A stretch of DNA of 64,000 nucleotides from Alphaproteobacteria bacterium (GTDB lineage Bacteria > Pseudomonadota > Alphaproteobacteria > Rs-D84 > SZUA-605): NCBI GenBank assembly GCA_031549385.1, contig JAVBPW010000002.1:1-64000 (forward strand), in the 5' to 3' direction. The position numbers and the translations under genes are program-made. Numbering within the stretch: position 1 is the stretch's first letter; each line of letters opens with the position of its first letter. The notes under the pieces are model-generated. The model made no database searches and was not told the DNA's origin. It was given only the letters and a program-made list of their open reading frames with translations. Of this stretch, positions 18,872 to 28,853 are shown piece after piece.

Positions 18872-19864
18872 ATGACAACTATAAACTTATTCATTTTGCT
18901 AGTCTTTGCAGTTATGGCTGTTATTATTTTGGTTTTGTTAATTCGAAAACCACAAAGGGAAGATTCTTCTGTTTTATTGCAACAATTGTTCTTATCCCAA
19001 AATGACCTTAAAGATAAGGTTGGGGCTCAATTTAATTTAATAGAACAACGTTTAGGAGAAGGGCTTTATCAAAGCTCTGTTAAGACTTCTGAAATAATGA
19101 ATAAGCTTCATGAAAGATTGGCTCTTATAGATGAAGCTCAAAAGAATATTAAACAACTTGGTGGGGAAGTGGCTAATTTTACTTCTTTGCTTTCTAATAA
19201 GCAATCTCGTGGTGCTTATGGTGAAATGCAAATGGAAGATTTAGTTAAGGAAATGTTGCCGCCTAATATTTATGAATTTCAATATGTACTTAAAAATGGA
19301 AAAAGATGTGATTGCTTGATTAAGATGCCTCAACCAACTGGTAACATAGTTATTGATGCTAAGTTTCCATTGGAGGCATATCAAGCTTTGATAAGGGCAA
19401 ATACTGAAGTAGATAAACTTAATGCTGAAAGATTTTTTAGAGATAGTGTTACTAAACATATAAAAGATATTGCAGAAAAATATGTTGGTGGAGAAGATAC
19501 TGGAGATAGCGCTGTTATGTTTTTACCTTCTGAATCTGTTTATGCTGAACTTTTTGGTAACTTTGAAAATTTAGTTAATGTTTCTTTTAAAAATAGAGTT
19601 TGGATTACTTCGCCAACTACATTGATGGCTACTCTTACTACTATGCGTGCTGTTTTGAAAGATGCTAAGATTAAAGAACAAACTAAAATTATTCAAAAAG
19701 AATTGATGGCGCTTAATGATGATATGTCTAGATTGCAAACTCGAGTTACTAATTTAGATTCTCATTTTAAATTAGCTCAAAAAGATGTGGAAGAAATTGG
19801 AGTGTCTGCTAATAAAATTGTGAATAGATCAAAAAAAATACAAGAAATTGAAACATCAGAATAA
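18872..19864 (+). CDS. rmuC: DNA recombination protein RmuC
   Basis: N-terminal TM and coiled coil, RGAYGE, IDAKFP, HIKDIAEKY, MFLPSE, SPTTLMA. Confidence 0.93.
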   Translation: MTTINLFILLVFAVMAVIILVLLIRKPQREDSSVLLQQLFLSQNDLKDKVGAQFNLIEQRLGEGLYQSSVKTSEIMNKLHERLALIDEAQKNIKQLGGEVANFTSLLSNKQSRGAYGEMQMEDLVKEMLPPNIYEFQYVLKNGKRCDCLIKMPQPTGNIVIDAKFPLEAYQALIRANTEVDKLNAERFFRDSVTKHIKDIAEKYVGGEDTGDSAVMFLPSESVYAELFGNFENLVNVSFKNRVWITSPTTLMATLTTMRAVLKDAKIKEQTKIIQKELMALNDDMSRLQTRVTNLDSHFKLAQKDVEEIGVSANKIVNRSKKIQEIETSE

Positions 19865-19920
19865 TTATTGATAAACGAATCTAAACTGTTTATTATTAAT
19901 TTAAAATATTGGAGAGAATA

Positions 19921-20697
19921 ATGTTTAAATTTATTAATGAAATTGGAAGATTGGCGCTGGGTGCTTTTGCTACTGTTGGAGAATTTATACAATTCCTTTT
20001 GAAATCTATTTGGGCTTGTATTACTCCACCTTATTACTTTTCTTTGATTGTTAAGCAATGTTTTCGAGTAGGGTATTATTCTTTGCCTGTTATTGGACTT
20101 ACTGCTTTGTTTGCAGGAATGGTGCTTGCACTTCAGAGTTATTCTGGGTTCTCTGCGTTTTCTGCTGATGAAGCTGTGGCTACTGTTGTTGCTATTGCTA
20201 TGGTTAGAGAAATGGGACCTGTGTTTGCTGGACTTATGGTTGCTGGGCGAGTTGGTTCTGCTATGGCTGCTGAAATTGGAACTATGAGAGTTTCAGAACA
20301 AATCGATGCGCTTAGAACGTTGTCTGTGAATCCTTTTTCTTATCTTATTGCACCTCGTATGATTGCTACAGTTTTAATGTTGCCGCTTCTTGTTTTGATT
20401 GCTGATATTATTGGAATATTTGGAGGATTTATTGTAGGTGTTGATCAACTTGGTTTTAATCCTTCTTTTTATATTCAGAAAACTTATGAAGCTATTGATT
20501 ACATAGATGTTATGTCTGGTGTTGTTAAAGCACTTGCTTTTGGTTTAATTATTTCTGCACTTGGTTGTTATAATGGATATAATTCAAAAGGTGGAGCTGA
20601 AGGTGTGGGGGTTGCTACTACTTCTGCTGTGGTTTCATCTTCTGTACTTGTGTTATTACTTAATTACTTTATTACAGGATTATTCTTTACTAAATAG
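19921..20697 (+). CDS. mlaE: MlaE family ABC transporter permease
   Basis: REMGPV, GRVGSAMAAEIGTMRVSEQIDAL, GGAEGVG.ATT. Confidence 0.94.
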   Translation: MFKFINEIGRLALGAFATVGEFIQFLLKSIWACITPPYYFSLIVKQCFRVGYYSLPVIGLTALFAGMVLALQSYSGFSAFSADEAVATVVAIAMVREMGPVFAGLMVAGRVGSAMAAEIGTMRVSEQIDALRTLSVNPFSYLIAPRMIATVLMLPLLVLIADIIGIFGGFIVGVDQLGFNPSFYIQKTYEAIDYIDVMSGVVKALAFGLIISALGCYNGYNSKGGAEGVGVATTSAVVSSSVLVLLLNYFITGLFFTK

Positions 20698-20706
20698 GAA
20701 AATGAT

Positions 20707-21477
20707 ATGAACGTTCAGAAAAATAAAATAGAAATTAAAAATGTTTATAAATCTTTTGGATCTAAACATGTTTTAAAAGATTTTAACCTTGATATAAAAA
20801 AAGGCGAATCAGTTGTTATTATTGGACCTTCTGGTATTGGTAAATCTGTTTTATTAAAATGTATATTAGGCCTTTTGGAATGTGATAGTGGAATTATTAA
20901 ACTTGATGGTCAAAAAATTAATGGGGTTAAAGAAAAAGAACGTGATCAAATAAATAAAAAAATTGGAATGCTTTTCCAAAATGCTGCTTTGTTTGATAGT
21001 TTGAATATTTGGGAAAATGTTTCTTTCAGAGATATTATGGAAAAGAAGCAAAACAGATGGGAAGCTAAAAAATCTGCTTTGAAATATTTGGAATCTGTTA
21101 ATCTTTCTAAAAGTGTTGCTGATATGTATCCAGTTGACCTTAGTGGTGGTATGAAAAAACGTGTGGCACTTGCACGTGCAGTTGCTCAATATCCTGAAGT
21201 GATTTTATTTGATGAACCTACTACTGGACTTGATCCTATTACTTCTGATGTTATTAATGATCTTATTATAAAACTTTCAAAACAAATTGGGGCGACTACT
21301 ATTACTATTACTCATGATATTAAATCTGCTCTTAAAATTGCTGATACAATTGCTTTTCTTTATGATGGGCACATTATGTGGAAGGGAAGTGTGGAAGAGT
21401 TTAAGACAACTAATAATCCGTACATAAAACAAATGAAGACTGGGTCTTCAATAGGCCCAATCAAACCCCTAGTTTAA
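20707..21477 (+). CDS. mlaF: MlaF family ABC transporter ATPase
   Basis: GPSGIGKS, LFQNAALFDS, LSGGMKKRVALARA, DEPTTGLDP. Confidence 0.93.
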   Translation: MNVQKNKIEIKNVYKSFGSKHVLKDFNLDIKKGESVVIIGPSGIGKSVLLKCILGLLECDSGIIKLDGQKINGVKEKERDQINKKIGMLFQNAALFDSLNIWENVSFRDIMEKKQNRWEAKKSALKYLESVNLSKSVADMYPVDLSGGMKKRVALARAVAQYPEVILFDEPTTGLDPITSDVINDLIIKLSKQIGATTITITHDIKSALKIADTIAFLYDGHIMWKGSVEEFKTTNNPYIKQMKTGSSIGPIKPLV

Positions 21478-21607
21478 AAAAACTTCTGAAAATTTGATGC
21501 AAATAACAAGAGTTGAAAAGTTGGTTCACAATCACGTATGTTTAATACGCTCATGCGAACACAATTTTCAACTTTCTTATTTTCTCTAAATTTTGATAAG
21601 TTTTTTT
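21476..21607. repeat. Dispersed palindromic hairpin element, copy 4 (between convergent mlaF and addB)
   Basis: Core TCACGTA-TGTTTAA-TACGCTCA; arms GTTCACA/TGCGAAC, AGTTGAAAA/TTTTCAACT, AAAATTT-GA/TC-T-AAATTTT. Confidence 0.9.
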
Positions 21608-21630
21608 TTCAAAATAATAAAGTGAATTAT

Positions 21631-24360
21631 TTATAATTCTTTTTGGCGGGAGAGATACTTGTAATCACTATATGATTTTTCGTCTAACTTTTTTGTTGTG
21701 TATGAAGTTTCTTGTTGCTGGTACTTTTTAAGCATTGATTGAAGCTTTGGTAAAAGTTCTGCTTTTATTTCTTCATAATCTTTTTTTGTTATTGTGGTTT
21801 TGCTGTTGTCTATTCCATTTAACTTTATGTATGAAAGTGAATTTACTTCTTCGTCTTTGATAAATCCGAATCCTTTGTTTTCTGCTATTAATGCAGCTAA
21901 TACTAATTGTAATTTTATTCCTTTTTTTATGTCAGATTTTTCTGGAAGAGTTCCTGTTTTGTAATCTATTACATCATAGGTTTTGTTTGGATACATATTT
22001 ATGCGGTCGCATTTTGTTCCTACTGTAAAGTCTGGAATGATTTGCCATTCACCTTTGTCTTCTGGGTAGCCTTTGTGTTGTCCGAACTCTTTTTCTAATT
22101 CGATTGCATAATTTGCTATTGTTCCAAATCTTGATGATAGAAATGAAGCTGTTGCTAATGATATGTTTGATAATTTTAATTCTCTATCAAAAATTTGTAT
22201 TAATTCATTTTTAGTTAAAGTTGGATTTAGTGTGAATTCTTCCATTCCTTTATGGACTATGTTCCCAAAAGTTGCGTGAATTTTTTCTTCATTAGAATCG
22301 TCTAGTTTCCTCAACTTTAAAATTGTTTTTGCATATATTCCATATGGATCTTCAAGAAGTTTTTCTATGTCAGTTGCATAAAGTTTTTTTGGTCTGCTTG
22401 ATAATGGTGGGTTGTATGAAGATATTTCAACTTTATCAAATTCGATTGGAAAATCTGATGATGTGATTTGTTCATAGTTTTCGAATTCTTTTAATTTCAA
22501 TCCTGAGAAATTCAATATAGCTTCAAGTTTTTCTATAAATCTTGATTGTATTTGTGGAGTGCCTAATACTTTTTGACTTCTTGTTAAAAGAACTTCTTTC
22601 TGACAAAATATTTGTTCAAAATCGTGGGCTTGAAGGCCTGTTTTTCTTTTTAATGATGGAAGCTTTAATATTTGTCTTAGTCTTTCATTTAAAAATGGAT
22701 CTTCATCTTTTTCTTTTGGAAAATGACCTTCATTCAACATTGTTAGTATGTATTTGTCTGCTTTGAAAAGTCTTGCTTCTATTGTTCCTAAGATTGTACA
22801 GAATTCTTCTTTGCGTGTTTGACGCACTGATTCTGTTGAAAAGAATTCATTTAAAATAGTTATATAGTTTGATGAATTTATTAAAGTTGTTTCTTTTAAT
22901 AGTTTGTTTATAAAATCCTTTCCTGCAGAACTTAATTCATCATTCCATATTTTTGGATATAGTGATTGAATTACGTCTAAATTTATTTGAAGAAGTTCAT
23001 TAAAGGAGATTTGACTTGTCTTTAATGCTTCTTTCAATGGGATTAATTTATTTAAAAATGATTCTAGTTCTTTGACTATATCTTTATATTCATTTTCAAG
23101 CTTTTTATAGTGTTTTGTTATACTTGTTATGTTTTGTTTTCTTAAAACTATTTCAGCTTCTTTTGTATTTTTGAATATTGAAAAAGGTGTCTTTATACAA
23201 TTTAAAAATGATGCTAGCGAATCAGTTGATATGAATTCATAGAGCTTGTTAAAGATTTCTCCAACCAATGTTTTTCCAAAACTGATAGGAAAACTTGTAT
23301 CGTATGGAATGTTTATTTTATTTAATACAGCTATAATTTGATTCATTAGGTTCGTGTTGTCACATACTACACAAACTGATTTATTTTGCTTTATTGTTTT
23401 ATGAATGTCATAGCATATGCATAGAGCTTCTTGTTCTATATCATAGGCATTTAAATATGTTATATTTTCAATTGTTTTATTTGTGAATTTTGAATCTTGC
23501 CATGTATGTGTTTGGTCTATTGGTTTATGTAGCTCATGCATCAATAATATTTTTTCATCATTTGTAATTTTATACTTTTCATAATTCAAGGATTCAAAAT
23601 TTGAAAGATCTAATTCTTTTACTAATTGCAATATTGAATATTGCGGATGAGTAGGGGATAATTCTTCTTTAAAGTTTAAATATTTTTCATCAAAGCTTGG
23701 AAGGAATAAATAAAAATTTTCTTTTGAACTTAGTTTTTTTATTATTTTTTGAGTTGGTATTAATGAGGCTGTAGTGCCGGCTATTATTACTTTTCCTTTT
23801 GTGTATAAAGAAAGGTAATCACCAAATGATAGGTATGTTTGAATTTTATCTTTGGTATTATCTGTTAATTCTTTTTCTTTTAAAATAATTGGATAAAATT
23901 CAGTTATGATATTTAAGAATTCTATATTCTTTTTTGAGAATTCTGAAAGATTTTCTTTTTTGATTTCTTCTAATTTATCCCAAGATATCATTTCTTTTGT
24001 TGAAGTGTCTAAAATGTCTGACAGTTCTTTTGCTAATGCAAAGCAGGATGAGAATTTTAATTCTGGGTTTGCTTTTTGAATTAAAGTGTTTAATAAAAAT
24101 AATTTCTCAAATTCTGAAATGGTTTTGTTGTTTTCTTTTTCTATTAAATGAATGAAATTGTCTTGAGCCGAATCGAGAGGCAATATCGTAGGTAGCAATA
24201 AACTTGAACTTTTTGAATTTTGTATAAGAAGTTTTTTTAGTATTTTACATGATCGGCTTGTTGGAAGCAGAATAATATCATTTAAATCAAAATTATCTTG
24301 GATAAAGTCAGCTATGACTTCCAAAAATGAGCAATTTAAAGGAATATTGTATGTTTTCAT
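21631..24360 (-). CDS. addB: Double-strand break repair protein AddB (PD-(D/E)XK nuclease)
   Basis: ILLPTSRS, IIAGTT, ILGTIEARL, LNEGHFP, DPYGIYA, CDRI..VIDYKTG, LQL; alphaproteobacterial AddB layout; start placed at MKTYN. Confidence 0.85.
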   Translation of the reverse strand: MKTYNIPLNCSFLEVIADFIQDNFDLNDIILLPTSRSCKILKKLLIQNSKSSSLLLPTILPLDSAQDNFIHLIEKENNKTISEFEKLFLLNTLIQKANPELKFSSCFALAKELSDILDTSTKEMISWDKLEEIKKENLSEFSKKNIEFLNIITEFYPIILKEKELTDNTKDKIQTYLSFGDYLSLYTKGKVIIAGTTASLIPTQKIIKKLSSKENFYLFLPSFDEKYLNFKEELSPTHPQYSILQLVKELDLSNFESLNYEKYKITNDEKILLMHELHKPIDQTHTWQDSKFTNKTIENITYLNAYDIEQEALCICYDIHKTIKQNKSVCVVCDNTNLMNQIIAVLNKINIPYDTSFPISFGKTLVGEIFNKLYEFISTDSLASFLNCIKTPFSIFKNTKEAEIVLRKQNITSITKHYKKLENEYKDIVKELESFLNKLIPLKEALKTSQISFNELLQINLDVIQSLYPKIWNDELSSAGKDFINKLLKETTLINSSNYITILNEFFSTESVRQTRKEEFCTILGTIEARLFKADKYILTMLNEGHFPKEKDEDPFLNERLRQILKLPSLKRKTGLQAHDFEQIFCQKEVLLTRSQKVLGTPQIQSRFIEKLEAILNFSGLKLKEFENYEQITSSDFPIEFDKVEISSYNPPLSSRPKKLYATDIEKLLEDPYGIYAKTILKLRKLDDSNEEKIHATFGNIVHKGMEEFTLNPTLTKNELIQIFDRELKLSNISLATASFLSSRFGTIANYAIELEKEFGQHKGYPEDKGEWQIIPDFTVGTKCDRINMYPNKTYDVIDYKTGTLPEKSDIKKGIKLQLVLAALIAENKGFGFIKDEEVNSLSYIKLNGIDNSKTTITKKDYEEIKAELLPKLQSMLKKYQQQETSYTTKKLDEKSYSDYKYLSRQKEL

Positions 24361-24429
24361 AGGTGTAATTTTACTTCCTTTTTGTAATAATACAATTATA
24401 ATCTGAAGTAGAAGAAAAAGGGGAAATTT

Positions 24430-25200
24430 ATGAAAATTGCATCTTTCAATGTTAATTCTATTAGAGCTCATTTAATTAATGTTTTGCAATGGGTGGAAGA
24501 AACTTCACCAGATATTATTTTACTACAAGAATTAAAATGTGAAGAGTTCCAATTCCCATATTGGGACTTTGAAATGATGGGATATAATATTGCAGTTTTA
24601 GGACAAAAAAGTTGGAACGGAGTTGCGGTGCTTTCTAAATTTAAAATAGAAGACCGAATCGATCATATACCAGGGGGAGATAATTCATCTTCAAGATATT
24701 TAGAAGTGTTTACTGGTGGTGTTAGAGTGGCTTCTATTTATTTGCCTAATGGAAATCCTTTAGGAGGAGAAAAGTTCAAATATAAAATGGATTGGATGGA
24801 TGCTCTTCATAAACATATGGAAGTTCTTTCAAAATATGATGAGCCAATTTTATTGGGTGGGGATTTTAATGTTATTCCTAAAGATATGGATGTTTATGAT
24901 CCAGCTTCATTTAAAAATGATGCAGTTATGCAACCAGAAGTTAGAAAAGCATTTTTCGAATTTGAAAAAACTGGATTTAAATCTGCTAAAGAAATTTTAT
25001 ATCCTGAAAAAGTTATGTATTCTTATTGGGATTATTTCAGAGGATTGCGCCAAAAAAATAGAGGCATTTTATTAGATTTCTTTTTACTCAATAAGCAGGC
25101 GCAAGATAAGTTGGTTGATTTTGGAGTAGATGAGGAGCCAAGGGATAGACCTCAGTCTTCTGACCACACACCAATCTGGATTGAGTTAAAATCTATCTAA
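24430..25200 (+). CDS. xth: Exodeoxyribonuclease III
   Basis: MKIASFNVNS, LQELK, YLPNG, GDFN, YSYWDY, SDHTP. Confidence 0.96.
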   Translation: MKIASFNVNSIRAHLINVLQWVEETSPDIILLQELKCEEFQFPYWDFEMMGYNIAVLGQKSWNGVAVLSKFKIEDRIDHIPGGDNSSSRYLEVFTGGVRVASIYLPNGNPLGGEKFKYKMDWMDALHKHMEVLSKYDEPILLGGDFNVIPKDMDVYDPASFKNDAVMQPEVRKAFFEFEKTGFKSAKEILYPEKVMYSYWDYFRGLRQKNRGILLDFFLLNKQAQDKLVDFGVDEEPRDRPQSSDHTPIWIELKSI

Positions 25201-25311
25201 TCAGTTGCGATTCAAAAGGATTAAAAATTCGTTCACAATCACGTAGCGTTAGTACGCTCATGCGAACTCACTTTTAATACTTTTGTTCTCACTTGATTAT
25301 CTAAATTTTAA
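25186..25311. repeat. Dispersed palindromic hairpin element, copy 5 (between convergent xth and comEC; outer arm overlaps the xth stop)
   Basis: Core TCACGTA-GCGTTAG-TACGCTCA; arms GTTCACA/TGCGAAC, CAAAAG/CTTTTG, TAATCA-GT/AC-T-TGATTA. Confidence 0.9.
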
Positions 25312-25330
25312 TGATATTTGTTGGAAGGAA

Positions 25331-26968
25331 TTATTTTATTTTTTCTAATGATTCATTTCTGTTAAAGAAATAAATTAATGCAGCTACACAACCAAATGAT
25401 AATTGAAAGCCAACATTAAATAATGAATATGGGGAAATGAGCAATATTATAAATGCTGAAATGGCTAAATTGTTTAATGAAATTCCACGTCGGTTTAAAA
25501 GAATTGCTATTAATCCTATTGTTGTCATTATGAATGTTCGCTGAATTGGTACTGCACTTCCTGAAATAAAAAAATATGCTAAAGTTATAAAAAATGTTAT
25601 TACCGCTGCTATTTTCTTTGTGTCTTTTAATTGAGAATTTGAAATTAATAATAGGCTATATCTGAAAATGAAAAAGCAAATAATAGTCAATAGTCCCATG
25701 TGGAAGCCAGATACTGATAGTAAGTGAGAAATACCAGCTTGCTTAAATGAATTGTCTGAGTCTTCTGGCATTGCATAACGTTCGCCTGTTATTAATGTCG
25801 TTGCAAATAAGCGCTCTTCTTTATTTTCACCTTTTAACATTTTTTTTATTAACCCATAGCGAAACTTTTCTATTTTTTCTTTTGGATTTAATGGAGGAGT
25901 GTCTATTATTTCTATGCCACTGTCTATGTATCCAACTGCGTCTATGTTTTTATAGTATGCATAAGTTTTGAAATCAAAACCATGCTTGGTTGATTTATTT
26001 GATAATGGAAATAATGTTGCTCTGAAGCAAATATTTTGGCCTATATCTAAGTTTTCATGATTTTCATTTACTTTTAAACGAATCCTTTTTACGTATTGGA
26101 TACCGTCTTTGTTTAAAGCTTTTAAATTGTTTAAAACTAAACGTCTTGATTTATCCATTACTTGAATTTGTTCTATATGAGCTTCAAAGTCTTTTTTAAA
26201 TACTGGGTATCTTAAAAATTCTCTTTTGTTTAATACTGTGTGAAGATACATTGTTGATATACCTAACGCAAAAGATAATATCAAATAACCAAAAAATGTA
26301 GCAGGGCGATATTTAAAGCTTGGTAGGTATGGAATTTTATGATTGTGTTTATATTGTCTTGGAAAGAGTATTCTTTTTAATCCTTGTAAATTGTATTTAT
26401 CTAATAATTTTATTGTATATTTTGTTAGTTTCTTTTTTATGGATTTTAAACTTTCTATAAATTTTCTGAAATAAAAGAATGGTTGTGAAAGCATTTCCAT
26501 TAAATATTTAAATGGAGTACTGTTTGTTAGCCATTTCAGTGGTAGAATAGAAAAGAAACCTCTTACCATTGACCATAAAATTCTGAATAATGTGCCTGAC
26601 ATGAAGTATCTTAAATATGAGAATACTTTTAAAACTATGGTAATTGAGAATATCAAAGCAAACAATTGTGAGAATAATGGTAATAATATTAACAAGAATA
26701 AGAATTTTAAAATTTTAAAGAAAACAAATTTAATTATTTTCATTGGTGTTAGTAAGTTATATCTTAATATTACTTTTCTTATTGTGTTTGAAAAAAGACT
26801 GCAAATAAATAAAAGTAAACAAAGAATTATTATAGCATAAACAAAAAATGTTTTTAGTTTGAAGAAGATTGCTATACCTAATGCAAAAAAAATTATTAGC
26901 AAAAGGGGAAAGTTTTGTTTTTCCCCATTTGCAAAGTTTGATAATTTTCTTGTTAGATGTTTAATCAT
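25331..26968 (-). CDS. comEC: ComEC/Rec2 competence protein, C-terminally short and with an N-terminal insertion
   Basis: GFDFKTYAY, LITGER, AGISHLLSVSGFH, SAVPIQRTFIM, VGFQLSF; ends ~20 aa after the last motif. Confidence 0.8.
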   Translation of the reverse strand: MIKHLTRKLSNFANGEKQNFPLLLIIFFALGIAIFFKLKTFFVYAIIILCLLLFICSLFSNTIRKVILRYNLLTPMKIIKFVFFKILKFLFLLILLPLFSQLFALIFSITIVLKVFSYLRYFMSGTLFRILWSMVRGFFSILPLKWLTNSTPFKYLMEMLSQPFFYFRKFIESLKSIKKKLTKYTIKLLDKYNLQGLKRILFPRQYKHNHKIPYLPSFKYRPATFFGYLILSFALGISTMYLHTVLNKREFLRYPVFKKDFEAHIEQIQVMDKSRRLVLNNLKALNKDGIQYVKRIRLKVNENHENLDIGQNICFRATLFPLSNKSTKHGFDFKTYAYYKNIDAVGYIDSGIEIIDTPPLNPKEKIEKFRYGLIKKMLKGENKEERLFATTLITGERYAMPEDSDNSFKQAGISHLLSVSGFHMGLLTIICFFIFRYSLLLISNSQLKDTKKIAAVITFFITLAYFFISGSAVPIQRTFIMTTIGLIAILLNRRGISLNNLAISAFIILLISPYSLFNVGFQLSFGCVAALIYFFNRNESLEKIK

Positions 26969-27709
26969 TTAGAATCTCATCATACCGCCATTTACGTGTA
27001 TTGTTTGACCTGTTATATATTCAGCTTCAGTTGATGCTAAATATAATGCTGCATAAGCTATATCTTCTGGTCTTCCAAATTTTTGTGATGGAATTTGATT
27101 CATCATAACTTCTTTTATTTCAGGTGAAAGTACATCTGTCATCTTTGACATTATAAATCCAGGTGCAATTGCATTTACTGTTACATTTCTTCTTGCAAAT
27201 TCCATTGCTAAAGTTTTTGATAATCCAATTAAACCTGCTTTTGATGCTACATAGTTTGCTTGTCCTGCGTTACCCATTACACCTACGATTGATGAGATAT
27301 TTATAACTCTTCCATAACGTCTTTTTGACATTCCAGCAATTACTTGTTGTGTTAATTTAAATACTGCAGTTAGATTAACATTGATAACTTCATTCCATTC
27401 TTCGTCTTTCATACGCATTGCAAGAGTGTCTCTTGTTAATCCTGCATTGTTTACTAGGATATCAATCTGTCCTGTTAATTCTTCTGCTCTTTTTGCAAAA
27501 TCTTCAATACCTGGTAAGTTGCCTAAATCAAAATTTAGTGTAAAAACTCTTTCTTTTAATTCTTCTTTAATAGATTTTAGAGCTTCTTCATTTCTTCCAG
27601 TTATTATTACTGTTGCTCCAGCTTGGTGTAGAGTTTTTGCTATTGCAAGTCCTATCCCAGAAGTTGATCCTGTTACTAAAGCTGTTTTACCAGTTAAGTC
27701 AAAAAACAT
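26969..27709 (-). CDS. fabG: 3-oxoacyl-ACP reductase
   Basis: TGSTSGIG, NNAGLTRD, GNAGQANYVASK, NAIAPGFI, GQTIHVNGG. Confidence 0.96.
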   Translation of the reverse strand: MFFDLTGKTALVTGSTSGIGLAIAKTLHQAGATVIITGRNEEALKSIKEELKERVFTLNFDLGNLPGIEDFAKRAEELTGQIDILVNNAGLTRDTLAMRMKDEEWNEVINVNLTAVFKLTQQVIAGMSKRRYGRVINISSIVGVMGNAGQANYVASKAGLIGLSKTLAMEFARRNVTVNAIAPGFIMSKMTDVLSPEIKEVMMNQIPSQKFGRPEDIAYAALYLASTEAEYITGQTIHVNGGMMRF

Positions 27710-27773
27710 TATATTTTCCTTTTTTAAAGTTAATTTATTGTGATTTTAATGATTTTTTTTGCTTTTTCAATCT

Positions 27774-28853
27774 TTACATTTGTTGTGTCAATTGTTCTTG
27801 CATTTCAAATGTTCCAAAGATAACCCAAGCTATTACCACAGCAATTAAAAGGATTGCAACGGAGTTCAAAATATTAGCAATTGATTCAATTTTTTTAATA
27901 GAGTCTTCTAAGAACCCGTCTGCTACATTTTCTAATGCTTCTTCGAAATTATCAAGTTCCGAATAAATTTGTAAGTCGCCTATTAATTCAGTATCTGGAA
28001 AGTTTTGTTTACTTAGATATAAAGCGTTTCCTAAGTTTTCTCCTTCAGAAACAAATGATAATACTTTTCCTATTCTGTCTGCTAGGTATGGAGATGAATT
28101 GTCTTTTAAAATTCCTAATGCTTTTGATATAGGTGTTCCTGATTTTACAAGTGATGATAAAGATAGTAACCAAGATACTCCTGTAAACATTCTGTATAAT
28201 GACCATGGTGGAAATTTATCAAATATTACTCTGAATCTGTTTGTCCAAATTGGCATTGTAATAGCTATTGCTGCTACGATTACAATTATTACTATTGGAA
28301 ATAACCACCAATATAGTGCCATAAAATCTGATACTCCTGCAAGAGTTAATGCAGTACCTGTCCATATGATTTTTTTACCAGCAGCTTCTGTTAGTGGTGG
28401 AACCAAATATAAACTTACCATAATTAAAATTAAGAATACTAAAACAAGCAAAAATAATGGATAAGCAAATGCGCTTATAATTGGGCCTATGATTCTTGAT
28501 GATCCATCTGATACTTTTATAACGTGAACTAATGCTTTTTCTAAACGAGCTACATCACCAACTGTTAACATCAACTTTTCACGAGCTGGAACCCAATTGC
28601 CTAATGCATCTCCAAAAGTTTCTCCATTTTCTAATCCTCTTTGCCATGATGAAATTGCTATTGCCATAGGTTCAGATGGCTTTTTACCATTTACTGATGC
28701 AATATTCCATAATCTGTCTAATGATGCCATAAGAGTAAAATTATTGCGTAATAGGGCAGCTAGTTTTTTATAAAATTTCAAACGTTCTGTGTTTGAACTT
28801 TTAACCATAAATTTTGCGTATGCTAAATTTAAACTTTGAAGTGATAATGCCAT
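27774..28853 (-). CDS. pilR: Type IVb pilus inner-membrane platform protein (PilR/GspF family)
   Basis: Two GspF-like repeats, AFAYP-TM, FDKFPPWSLYR (R64 PilR-like), GENLGNAL; follows the ATPase. Confidence 0.8.
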   Translation of the reverse strand: MALSLQSLNLAYAKFMVKSSNTERLKFYKKLAALLRNNFTLMASLDRLWNIASVNGKKPSEPMAIAISSWQRGLENGETFGDALGNWVPAREKLMLTVGDVARLEKALVHVIKVSDGSSRIIGPIISAFAYPLFLLVLVFLILIMVSLYLVPPLTEAAGKKIIWTGTALTLAGVSDFMALYWWLFPIVIIVIVAAIAITMPIWTNRFRVIFDKFPPWSLYRMFTGVSWLLSLSSLVKSGTPISKALGILKDNSSPYLADRIGKVLSFVSEGENLGNALYLSKQNFPDTELIGDLQIYSELDNFEEALENVADGFLEDSIKKIESIANILNSVAILLIAVVIAWVIFGTFEMQEQLTQQM

